NCBI RefSeq assembly: GCF_006345805.1
Contig: NC_043002.1
Coordinates: 24,118,001-24,182,000, forward strand
Origin: Octopus sinensis
Taxonomy: Eukaryota
DNA length: 64,000 nucleotides
Direction: 5' to 3'
Part shown: piece after piece, positions 52,772 to 64,000 of the stretch
Layout: each line of letters starts with the position of its first letter
Position numbering within the stretch: the stretch's first letter is position 1
Made by a program: the position numbers and the translations under genes
Notes under the pieces: generated by a model
Told to the model about the DNA's origin: nothing
What the model saw: only the letters and a program-made list of their open reading frames with translations
The model's database searches: none

Positions 52772-53059
52772 TCCATTTTTGTTACTTGAAATAATATTTT
52801 ATTTGTTATCATTACTAATTGATAGCTCTGGATAGACAGATTCATGAGAATAGCAGACAAAATGTTTGGTGATATCCAGTTACATACTGGGTTCAAAATC
52901 CTTCCAGGATCAATACAATATGTTCCAGTCAACAACTGGGGTCAATATTATTGATCGTATACCCTAAATTTGAGGTTCTGTGTCTTAAGTAGTAGATAAC
53001 AAACATTATAATGATAGCACAGTCTGTAGTGCTGTTGGTGTTGTATCACTGTTGCAGGT

Positions 53060-53460
53060 GATAGTGCTGACATGGATGCAACAACCAGGACACACTATCC
53101 TGCTTGCAATCGGCTGATAGCTTGTTCTCTCTGCGCTACTGACAATTCGGTCATACCTGATGCATCCAAATTATGAATGCCAGAAATGTGGTTCAAGTTG
53201 TTTGTTATACCCATAACCTCCACGAGATGCACGTGCATTTCAGTTTTCATGACAATTGTTTGCAACTGCCACTCATGGCATTCAACGCAGCTGCGTTCTG
53301 GCATCTCGTTTCAGGGAAAGTTGAAAGGTTGCCTGCAATTTTGGTCTCAGCCATAAACCAGCATGTCTTGGAATACACTTACATTCCTGAAATAAATTTT
53401 CAGAATTTACCATATAAATACAAGATTTGAAAAAAATCGCATTTCTTTTGCAGTTCAGGG
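53060..53460 (-). mobile_element. Tc1-like transposon 5' fragment
   Basis: MTELSVAQREQAISRLQAG N-terminus and a TA-CCCTGAAC TIR-like end. Confidence 0.55.
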
Positions 53461-53983
53461 TATGTCTGAGATGATTGTACAGAATTTCACCCAGAGTGTG
53501 TGAATTCAGCAGTTAAGTGTGGTGATGGCAATGTCATTGTTTGGTTTGCAAGATGAACCTTGCAATGGACTACATAAAAGCACTCTGAGAATCACTCATT
53601 CTTTCCACAAGAAAAAAGAGCAAACGTTCCAGCCAAGTCTGATGAAAAGAGGATAAAGTACAATGGTCAGATAGTAATAAACAACAGAGGTAATACCATA
53701 TATACATACACAACAGGCTTCCATATAGTTTCTGCCAGTCAAATTTAATTCACAAAGCACTGGCCAGTCTGAATACACTTGACCAAAATATCATATAATA
53801 GGATTGAATGTGAAATCATGTAGTTGCAAAATGGATTTCTTAGCCATAATCATGCCTACACACACATACGCAAACTTTAGTATTATGCTATTATAAGACT
53901 GAAGGAGAGATTGTATGATGTTTACGTTAGTATGCTCTGAGGATGTGTATGTCAGTGTGCATAAACACCAGCAGACAAATGAG

Positions 53984-54019
<36 letters not shown>

Positions 54020-54262
54020 GGGTATAACAGGAATCAGATCTAGTGTGCAAAAGTGGAGGCTGTGCTGGTATGGGCATGTGATGCACCTAAAGGATTACTG
54101 CTGTATATAAAAGTGCTGAGCACCCCAAGTTAGTGGAATTTATGTAAGAAGAACACCAAGGAAAACTTGGGACAAAGTGATGAGGAAAGCTGATCTGAAG
54201 ATGTTGCATGGGCTACAGAGGGCCTGTTCATTCATAGCAAAAAACATACTGAGACATGACGG

Positions 54263-55153
54263 TATGAGGCACATTTCAGAAGTTTTGAGACTTTGCTTTT
54301 AAGAGAGGCAGTTATAACTGTCCTATATCACTGTAATTTCAGTATATCATTACTATATATCTGATAAGCTGACTTGCTAACCCTTTACTCCAGATTGAAT
54401 GAGACAGTTGCAACAGCACTTTGAACAAATCCAACTAAACACTGCTGACTAGTTTGCAGAATGAAGCTGAGACACAAAGACAATTTGGAAGCTTGTTTAT
54501 GCTATGTTTTTTATGTTAACTGGGCAAAGATGCTACAGAAATTATGGAATGCTCCAGACTACTTCTGGATTAACTTGTATGTGCCAGTGCCTTTCTTTTG
54601 CTAGCACAAGAGGTTCAAGAGCAGTAGAGAGATGTGGAAGGGATGAAGTTGTCAGAATATCAGACCAGGTCGAGAAAATTCACAATTTTCTGGATGAAGA
54701 CTGTTGTGAATCTATAAATACAATAAACACATAGTTTGGAGTGGATGTGGCAACTGTACATAGAATTATTCCTGGAAATCTGAATATGTGCAAAATTTGT
54801 GCAAGTTTGTTTTCAAGGTGCTCCGTGACAAGCATTCCGGTAACCAACTACTTGACAGAGATGGGCATCAAAACTGCCTTTCACCCTCCCTACAAGTCCA
54901 GACTTTATCTTCTGTGACTTTTGGTTGTTCCTGAAGCTGAAGGAGAACCACAGGCAGTTATTTGGAAGACACTGAAAAGATGGCAGTTGTGACAAGGGTC
55001 TGAGATACATTAACTTTGAATGACTGCCTTGGGGTCTTCACAAAGGGGCTGGAGTGCTACAAGTGCAGTCAAATCAGAGGATCCTACATGAAAGAGTTTT
55101 GTAGTTCTTTGAAATTGTCTCTCCTGAAAAAGCTTGAAAACTACTGCAATGGT

Positions 55154-55155
<2 letters not shown>
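54263..55155 (+). mobile_element. Degenerate mariner
   Basis: HPPYSPDFIFCDFWLFLKLKE remnant; boundaries approximate. Confidence 0.75.
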
Positions 55156-55205
<50 letters not shown>

Positions 55206-55209
<4 letters not shown>

Positions 55210-56090
55210 ATGTAGTCAAAAAGTATCTGACCATGATTTTTTCCCCCACAAAATAATAATGTGTGAGCAAAATTTGCATGGGTATTAGGTGGCCGCATCT
55301 TTCCAGAGCATGCACAAAAATGTCCATGTCTGTAGATTGCGTCATTCACCCATAGTGACGTGTTGAGCACAGACGGGAAGAGTGTGCTGTGTAATTTTTG
55401 TTTTTGAGTCAAGATGACTGAGTGCATTGAGCAAAGATACTGTATCAAATCCTGTTATAAACTTGGTGATACACAAGCCCAGACTATCGAGAAGATTGGA
55501 AAGGCCTTTGGAGATGATACTATGGGAAAAACACAAATAAAGGCGTGATACAAATGGTTCAAAGATGGCCAGACCTCAGTGAACAGTGAGCCACATTGTG
55601 GCAGACCATCAACTAGCGGAAACGATAAAATTCTTGCAGAAGTTCAAGGAATAATCTATGAAGACTGTTGTGTAACTATTGACGAGATTGTTGCTGAAGT
55701 TGGAATCAGCCATGGATCAGTTCAGTTCAGTTACTTCTTTCCACCCACATCATTCAAGCATTCCATGTCAAGCAAAATACACCACTTGTTTGTCAGGCTT
55801 CCTACTCCCCAGACTTTGCTCCATGTGACTTTTGGCTATGCCCAAAGCTTAAAAAAAAAAAAAACCCAAAGGGAGAAGATTTGAGTCAACAGAGGACATT
55901 AAGCAAATTTCGATGGCACAGTTCTACAGCAAAGTGATTTCCAGAAATGTTTCCAACAGTGGTAGGAACACTGACAGAAGTGTGTAGACTCCCAAAGAGA
56001 ATACTTTGAAGGAGACTAAATCAAAATGGTAAATTTTTTAATATTACTTGTTTTTTGGGCAAAGGTCAGATACTTTTTGACTACACCTTG
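55206..56090 (+). mobile_element. Internally deleted mariner with both TIRs and TA flanks
   Basis: TGTAGTCAAAAAGTATCTGACC inverted at both ends; EQRYCIK, WFKDG, GRPST and PDFAPCDFWL remnants; embedded in (TA)n. Confidence 0.9.
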
Positions 56091-56134
<44 letters not shown>

Positions 56135-56309
56135 GCGTTTCAAATTATTGACATAACATTTGTTTATTTTATTTAAAAACAACTCATTGAAATTCAGCAG
56201 TTATATGCATGTGGTATGTAAAAGAACATGAGGTTTTGTGCAAGTGTAAACAAACTTCAGCCATTTGCAGGATTTCCACGAACTTTCATTGTTCCAAATT
56301 ATTAACAGA

Positions 56310-56891
56310 GTCGAGGTGGTGAAGCACGACCTTCGAACTTTAGGTCTCACCGAGGAAATGACCAAAGACCGAGACCTTTGGAAGTATGCTGTGCCTGGGA
56401 AGACCCGGCAGGACAAGTGAGACCATAACCTGTGGCCTCTACCTGGGACGTGGCCAGCCCACTTATGCATACCTTTCCTTCTTGTGACACAAACCCTACT
56501 TGTGAAGACCTGTTGAGGCAAGTGAAAATCAAAATCAAAATCGATCAACATCAATGGAAATTGTAGCTGTGATACCAGTGCCAGTGGCATGTAAGAGAAC
56601 CATCCGAACGTGGCCGTTGCCAGTGCTGCCCCAACTGGCATCCGTGCCGGTGGCATGTAAAAAGCACCATCCGATTGTGGCCGTTTGCCAGCCTCATCTG
56701 GCACCTGTGCAGGTGGCACATAAAAAGCACCCACTACAGTCACGGAGTTGTTGGCGTTAGGAAGGGCATCCAGCTGTAGAAACACAGCCAGATCAGACTG
56801 GGCCTGGTGCAGCCTTCTGGCTTACCAGACCCCAGTTGAACCGTCCAACCCATGCTAGTATGGAAAACGGACGTTAAACGATGATGATGAT
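56310..56891 (+). mobile_element. RTE-clade LINE 3' end, apparently young
   Basis: EVVKHDLRTLGLTEEMTKDRDLWKYAV, then GTGCCGGTGGCACGTAAAAAGCACC-type subrepeats and (GAT)n tail. Confidence 0.85.
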
Positions 56892-57751
56892 CTGGTAATT
56901 ACGTAATTATGGGTCGTAAATGTACTAAATTAGTATTTTCTTGTTTACATGAGTTTTAATTACATCTTGCTAATAATTTGAATTGCAATATATATACATA
57001 TAAAAACATACAAGCAAGCATCATACAAATGATTCATTCATTTCCAATCTTCACTGAAAAACATGCCTGGAAATAGGTGAAGGCTGATGACAGGAAGGGC
57101 ATCTAGCCATGCTGTCTCAAGAAATTCTGTATGACTTATGCAAGTATAAGAAATTGAAAGAAAGAGACAGCCAGAGAGGATCACAGAGAAATACACTGAA
57201 TGTTATTTTTAAATTTCTTTATAGCCGTTTGACAATTCTCAGAATTGAAAAAAAAAAAATTTTATTTCACTGCAATAACCATGTTTTATGGCCAACTGCG
57301 AAAAAGAAATATTTCCAAATTGAGAAAACTGAAAGGAGACATAAATGACTGTATAAAGCAAGATAAAGAACTTGATTACTAAAGTTCACATTGTAACCAG
57401 TTCGAATCTTACAGTAGCTACAGCCATTGTGTTCTGTCTCTGGGGAAAATCACATCCCTTTCATTGTCTCACTAAAATTTTTTTACCAATTGTCCTTTTT
57501 GTTGTTTTCTAGTTTTCCTGTATGTGTTAATTTAATGTTTTCGTTGTGTATATATACACTGTAAATAATATTATGGCTTTCCCAAAGCATTCCATTCATG
57601 AGGTCAGAATGGGATGAGGGAGATGGGCAACTGTATAAACAATCCTGGTGTGTAGTGCAGAAGTGTGTGGATAATACAAGGGTGTGTAAATAAGATGGTG
57701 ATGATGATGTTGATGATGATGATGGTGGTGGTGATTAGTGCAGAAGGTTTC

Positions 57752-57821
57752 TCAAAATTTGTTGACAGTCTGCAAAAACTTGTGCTGCATTTCGCTACAG
57801 TTTTCTAACATCGTGGATGGC
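57752..57821 (-). CDS. RANGAP1: RanGAP1 last coding exon (PSTMLENCSEMQHKFLQTVNKF*)
   Basis: Matches PNSALESCSFARHSLLQTLYKV; TGA stop. Confidence 0.93.
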
Positions 57822-58638
57822 CTGCAAATATAGAAATATATTGAAGTGCTTACTGACGAGTAAACAGATATAGACAAATGTGTGTGTGTATATATATGGA
57901 TCTAGAAATGCAATATCCTTGCATATCTCACATCTATTTTCATTCCTCCACTTCACTCTCTATTTCATATCTTATCTAAATTAACTATTGCTTAACCATT
58001 TTCTCACACCGTCTCCGATGAAGGGATATAATAAATATCCTGGAAACAGCTTTAAGACCTTCTATTTATAAATGTTCTAAAATCTTCAGAGTCTTGGTTT
58101 TTTTATCTCGTTCTGAAAAAAAAAATTTATATACAGTACATACACACACACACAAGTGAATGAACAAAGAAAACAAAACAGCACTCAGTACATCATGTAT
58201 TTAGTAACAGATGATTCAACCCCACAGATATTGAAGCTGAGCCAAACTGTTAAGACAAGATGGTAGGTCGATAGGTATATAGAGAGAAGAGACAAACAAA
58301 CAAATGGATGGCTTTCCAATGGTTTCAATGGGATGTGACATAACAGAAACACTAACAGAGAAATAAAAACGGGGGCAAATTGACAGACAGTTAAATTTCA
58401 ATGGTTACCAGGGAAGATGATATGTTGGAGATGATGTGATGATGCTAAGTAGTTGCTAGGGAAGAGATGAAGTAAAGTAACTACTAAAAGTAACATAGTT
58501 ATAAGAGGAGCATTGGAAAAATAATCTATAAATTCATTCACCCATGTGGAGGTGATAGTAATCTGAAGAAGATGATGATGAAGACAAAGAAGAAGGCAAA
58601 GATGCTGCTGTTGTTGTCATACTACTACTATTACTCAC

Positions 58639-58763
58639 CGGCTAATGAATGCACTGAGAATATCTCGCCCAGAGCTCGGGAAGTAAGCCTGTTGTACACA
58701 ATGTTCTAGAACTATCAAGGTGCCATTGAGGTCTCCAGGTGATTTATATTTCTTGTCTTCTCC
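58639..58763 (-). CDS. RANGAP1: RanGAP1 exon (GEDKKYKSPGDLNGTLIVLEHCVQQAYFPSSGRDILSAFIS)
   Basis: Matches SEDK...LYGPLMALNHMVQQDYFP; 125 nt, phase 0 to 2. Confidence 0.95.
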
Positions 58764-60177
58764 CTTTTAAAAAGAAAAACCAACATATTTAATAAATGGT
58801 CAATACCATCAAAAACATTTATAAAAATTTCGTTTTTACTATCTTACACTTATTTCTTTTTCTCTTAACAGTGGACAGAGTAGGTCGGATTTTGTTCTGG
58901 ATTATGTTTTTCACACTTTAATGTCTTATTGTTCACTAGTTAACCATGAAGTAGGAATGGAACCCACATAGTCAACATCAGCTTTAGGTTTTAAATTCAC
59001 ATCAAAATTTATTTTAATAATTGCACATAACAGTAACACCTCTGGGCCAGCAGAAATGGTAGAGCATCAGACAAAATGACTTGTGGTTCTTTTAGTTCCT
59101 ATTACATTCTGAATTCAAAATCCTGCTGAGGCCAACTTTGTCATTTGTCTTTCAAGTACATGATAAAACACACATACAGCTTTTGAAAATTTCACTCACA
59201 AGGCATTGGTTGCTTGAAGCTACAGTAGAATACATTTACTCAAGGTGTCACAGTGAGACAGGATTTGAAACTGTGATTTTAAAGCAAACTCTGAATCCAC
59301 ACACACAAGTGTAATGATAACTATTACATCAAACACATGCAGACTTTTCTTGTAGCAAGCCTTATGAGACATTGCTCATTTTAAATCAGGTGACATCACT
59401 GAAGCAATAGTTTAACAAAGATCACATATAGTACTGAGTACACCATATATTACACATCGTTACAAAGAAAAATAGAATTTAACAAACATTATGTGTGGTA
59501 AAGAAAGCATCATGTTTTGCATTGTGTAAATAATAAAAATTTGATCCAAGTGAGAGAGAGGAAAACTGAAATTGCTCACATTATCAGAACCAGAAGACTA
59601 GGTTACAAAATTTTAATATGTTATGTTTATGTAATCAGAAATTTAAATATGCCATACTAATTCATAAAACTACTGCAAGTTAGCCTATGCTACTCATATC
59701 TGCATCTCTATACTGAGATGGGTTGGGTAGGACTTTTTGAGACAGTGTTTTATAGTTGAATGCCACTCACTGAATGTTAACCACTTAGATGCCTTTTGTG
59801 GCATGTAAGGACATGGTGTACCTATTCTAAAAACGGAGATGTACACAGTAAAATACTTTGGCAGTAATAAGAAAGGGTTAATGCACAGATAACAAAGTTT
59901 AATAATTTGGACAGTCATAAGTAGTAGTACTCAATAGTTAACAGCAAGTGTTACACAGTACTACCAACTGAAATGTGAATATGGACAAATCATTAACAAC
60001 AGGGTTAATGGTTAGAATAGTTATAAGTAATAGTGGTACCATTAGATGCAACCTGATTAAGAGTTAACTCACTGAGAAGTGTTTACAGCTAGAATAGAAT
60101 AATTATATGTAACCTATATAGTAAATACTATCAAATAAACAATACTGTTATCAGTAGGATTAACTTACTGAACTTAC

Positions 60178-60269
60178 CTTAAGTAAACCCATGTGGACTA
60201 AGAGTGAGTTGAATAATAATGAGGTATTTACTTCTGGATTTGCTTTTAAAAGCTCTGAAAATAAGGAAT
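60178..60269 (-). CDS. RANGAP1: RanGAP1 exon (DSLFSELLKANPEVNTSLLFNSLLVHMGLLK)
   Basis: LLVHMGLLK is identical to the vertebrate RanGAP1 segment ending in the SUMO-acceptor lysine; 92 nt, phase 1 to 0. Confidence 0.95.
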
Positions 60270-60739
60270 CTACAAAGAGAACAGAGAAAATAGTTTTATC
60301 AAATACATATGAAGAGGAGTTAGCTTCCAGCTAAGTTTAAAAGGAAGCAAAGTCTGCAAGTTAATTATCCAACTGTTACTAATTCAGATTTCATTTATAT
60401 TGCTTTCATGAAAACTATGAGCATGACATCAACCCATTTTCCACATCAACTACAAAGATAATGTTTTGTATCTATAGAAAAAAAAATCACTGTTTCAAAT
60501 AGATGTAAAACAGCTGAGTTGGTGCAGTGAGTAAAGAACTGGACATGATGCACTCTGGTATCCAGTTCAGTGTCCAAATTCAGGCAGGATTTGGGGACTG
60601 AATTTAGCATGAATTATATATTGGAAAGGGACAATATATAAACATCAAAGAACATCTAAGATGGTCAATGAAAAAAGCAGGTTAATTTTGCAATAAATAA
60701 CCCTGTTGTATAATTCAAAGGAATCCAAGAACAACTTAC

Positions 60740-60800
60740 CTGTACACTGGTTGGCAGCTTTCTTTAACTTTTCATTTTGAGTATCCACAACAGATGCTAT
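60740..60800 (-). CDS. RANGAP1: RanGAP1 exon (IASVVDTQNEKLKKAANQCT)
   Basis: 61 nt, phase 0 to 1, CAG|GTAAGT donor. Confidence 0.85.
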
Positions 60801-62710
60801 CTGTTAATGAAGAAACATGGAAATTACAATACAAGGATAAATATTGAAAGCAATTGTAATACAAAATTCCAGTGACAAAACTATAGAACACTATAAACAT
60901 AACATAGTATGTAGGCAAGTCCTGCAAATCAGTTGATCACAAGTGTACTGTTGAAGACTTTAGCTCATGTAGTGTATCTAGGGTTGTTGTCTAGCTCCAG
61001 GTTGGCCCAAATATCACAGAACTATCAATGGTTAAATGTGTTGCTGTTGTAACCTTCCCATCTGTATTTGGTGTATCTAGAACTACATTATCTAATATGT
61101 CTTTCCTTTATTTTTTAAACATTACAATGTGATTTGAAAGAAATTTGGCTGCTTTTTCCAGCAGGTCACAAAGCAGTCTCTCACAATATCTATAGTATTT
61201 AATATGGTGACTATAATTGTTGCTTTGTAGTACTAGGTTAACCCTAACTGAGCAGACCTACAATAGCTATAACCATTCAGTCTTTTGAAATAGTATGGTG
61301 AGATTTGAGGACAATATGGTTGCTATTTCTAGAGTGCCATAGTGCCCATGGAGTTCATTAATTTAGCAGTTCATGCTAACAAAACATCTGTTAAGTTAGT
61401 GCTTCAGAGTTACAAGACATTCCCACTCTTTAACACAGATCTCTGGTATATATAGCCAGTTGAATATGTGGCCAGCATTTACTTCGTAACGCTATTTCCT
61501 AATATGCCCCACTTTTTTTTTGTAATATCAGTAATATAAATTTTAACAATTGATACCTTTTTACAAACATATTTTTTCATATTTTGGAAGGATTTAGAAA
61601 GTCCTCTCCTGTTTTTATACTACAAGCACAGAGATTATTTACCATGGAGTTCACATAAATGAATCTAAACAAACAGTGTTTATTACCACAACAGTAGCTG
61701 TAGCAGTAACATCTGTTTTTGAACTGAATCACTAGGTCACAAAATTTGAGGGAGAGGTGCAGCCACCCAGTACTTTATAGAATTAACTTTTGGGATGGAA
61801 GACCAAGTCAAGCCTGGTGGAATTTGTGCTCAGAATTTACTATAATGCCTTTATTCCAATGCTCAGATATTCTTTTTTACAATTTGTGTAGTAGTAGGAT
61901 TTTGCCTGGAACTCTACTGATTCTGCAATCTATTCCCTTTCTGTTAATGGTTTCTAATTTGGGTACAAGGTCAGCAATTTTAGAGGGGAAGGTATTAGTC
62001 AATTATATTGACCCCCAGTACTTGACTAGTACTTTATTTTATCAACCCTGAAAGGATGAAAGGCAAAGTTGGCCATGGTGGGATTTGAACTTAGAATGTA
62101 AAGAGGTGTGAGAAACACAACCAGGCTCTGTCAATCCTCACCCTCATTACACTCGTATTAATAATAATGTTTTCTAACATGGGTACACATTGTTCAACTA
62201 AGAGATGAAACCAAGTTGTGAACATAGCATGCATGCTGGGAGCTTATCACCATATTATAATGATTACATATTCAAGCAGGCATTTATAAATATGCACGTG
62301 TAAACATGAATGAATATGACAGTAAGTGTGTATGTGAAGGTGTGCAGCCTGAGATATTATCTTGGTAATCAGTCATACACACACAACCAAGCTGAAGAGA
62401 GCTAGAGCAAATGAAAGGGTCTCCACAGTTGTTTGACAATCTAGAAATAGCAGCGAAACTCCCTTAGATTACAACCTGCTATTTTGAAAAAGGAGGAACA
62501 CGGTATAATGTATACCCAAGTTAATAACAAACACCATCTGAGAGATTGTGGATGGTCATGGTAGGAATGCTTTTGATCATAAACCTGCACAGTCAGAGCT
62601 GATCTAAGGCTAAACAATATCAGTATCATCTTTCCTTAACAAAACAAGTAGTGTTTAATACAGCTAAAAAACTAAGCTGAGTCAAGTTCACAAACAACAC
62701 AAGGACTTAC

Positions 62711-62755
62711 CTTTAAGAAAGTTTTAACAACATCATCAACATTTGTACAAGATTC
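62711..62755 (-). CDS. RANGAP1: RanGAP1 C-terminal domain exon (ESCTNVDDVVKTFLK); upstream exons lie outside the window
   Basis: ttcag and AAG|GTAAGT ends; 45 nt, in frame with the next exon. Confidence 0.8.
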
Positions 62756-64000
62756 CTGAAATAGTTGAAGAAAATGGTAAGATAAATGAATTGAATAGCA
62801 GAAACAGAAGTATTTCAGCAATAGTAAACTTGAATGGAATCTTTGATTTCGCTATTCTTAAGTCAACTCTAAACTCAACACATTTTTAGGTCAATACTAG
62901 AATCTGCACAATCAGAATTCAGTTATTAAAGGAGTGTGTACCAGTGCTTCATATAAGGTGTGGAGGTGTGCTGCAGAATTTTGAGAATATAATTTATGTC
63001 TATAGAAAATCCACACTAATACTTAAGTATCTTTAAAAACCTGTCATTCATAATATTGTTATACACAAGCATGTTAAGTGAATGCACAGCTGTGTGCTTG
63101 AGAAGTTTGCTTTCCAACCACATGGTTTCGGGTTCAGCCCCACCACACAGCAAGCGTCTTCTACTATAGTCCTGGGTTGAGCAAAGTCTTGTGAGTGGAT
63201 TTGGTAGACAGAAACTGAAAGAAACCTGTCCATAGGTGTATACTTATGTGATGTTGTTTAAAAACCAAGATGGTGCTCCAGCTGCATGGTTGAAATGAAT
63301 AAAAGAATGTGTATGCATGAGTGTCTGTCTCAGTCTTCAAATTTTGACAGTGTGCGACATTTGTAAATGAGCATCAACATATAAGTGATGCCCTTCATTT
63401 TCAATCAAAACATGTCCAACCAAGGACAAATATTGCCTTTCTTGGAAACAAGTGAGGGTTGGTGACAGGAAGAGCATCAAGCTGTAGAAAATCTGCCTCA
63501 AGGAATTCTGTCAAACATTAAAATCATGATGGTGATGATTAATAATACAGGATAAGCAATAATTTTTAATATACTTTTTCTGAAGTTTTAACTTTAAAAG
63601 TTCCATTTTAACATGTAAAATGTGCTAATGGTTTTTTTTTTTAACTTGACTTCCATAGATCATGAAGTCAAAACTACTGAGAATCACTGCTGTCCATCAT
63701 GTGTCCATATTTTCTAAAGCTATCTTTTATTTCTGTCCATTGCAGCCAACTTGCCCTCTTCTACACTCCCTTCTTGAAATCTACATTTGGTACTTGGCTA
63801 AAGTAAGAGAATGCAGTTTTGAAAATTATTCCCTCTCACCTGCTCCTACTTACACACAAATGTTGCTATTTTATAATTCATTTTACTATTGAACATTTAT
63901 TACTTTCATGTTCACATGAGTTGGTTGGTTCTAGTTATAATATGTTTGCATTTATATTGTTACAGCTTAACCAACCACCACGCACTAGTCACTACATGAC

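Noticed and set aside
52483-52935. 150-aa minus-strand ORF
   Set aside because: Antisense shadow of the IFT22 last exon and UTR, with no recognisable domain or ATG start
60254-60256. Alternative in-frame RanGAP1 acceptor 15 nt inside the exon
   Set aside because: It would delete DSLFS, which aligns with vertebrate DALMQ, so the upstream acceptor was preferred; minor use is not excluded

Overview
This is AT-rich, repeat-dense animal genomic DNA; the SINE and LINE families point to an octopus or other coleoid cephalopod (inference). Three intron-rich genes can be rebuilt by hand from GT-AG boundaries and reading phase. (1) BRIP1/FANCJ Fe-S helicase on the minus strand: ATG at 35502, 17 coding exons down to 767, continuing off the left edge. 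(2) IFT22/RABL5 on the plus strand, complete at 37465-52627, head-to-head with FANCJ and with a perfect RFX X-box just upstream. (3) The last five exons of RanGAP1 on the minus strand (62755-57752), convergent with IFT22. Introns contain tRNA-derived SINEs, RTE, R4/Dong-like and HERO-like LINE remnants, mariner/Tc1 relics, Helitrons, Penelope-type relics and microsatellites. Nearly all supplied ORFs are spurious or TE-derived. Main findings: a duplicated, frame-enforced mutually exclusive exon pair (5A/5B) in IFT22 covering the G4 region; a tandem 9-nt splice donor in RanGAP1 that would insert VSS into the SUMO motif LKGE; a frame-symmetric Cys/His cassette exon in FANCJ; a 51-bp intronic hairpin; and degenerate hammerhead-like motifs. 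All splice models are sequence-only predictions.
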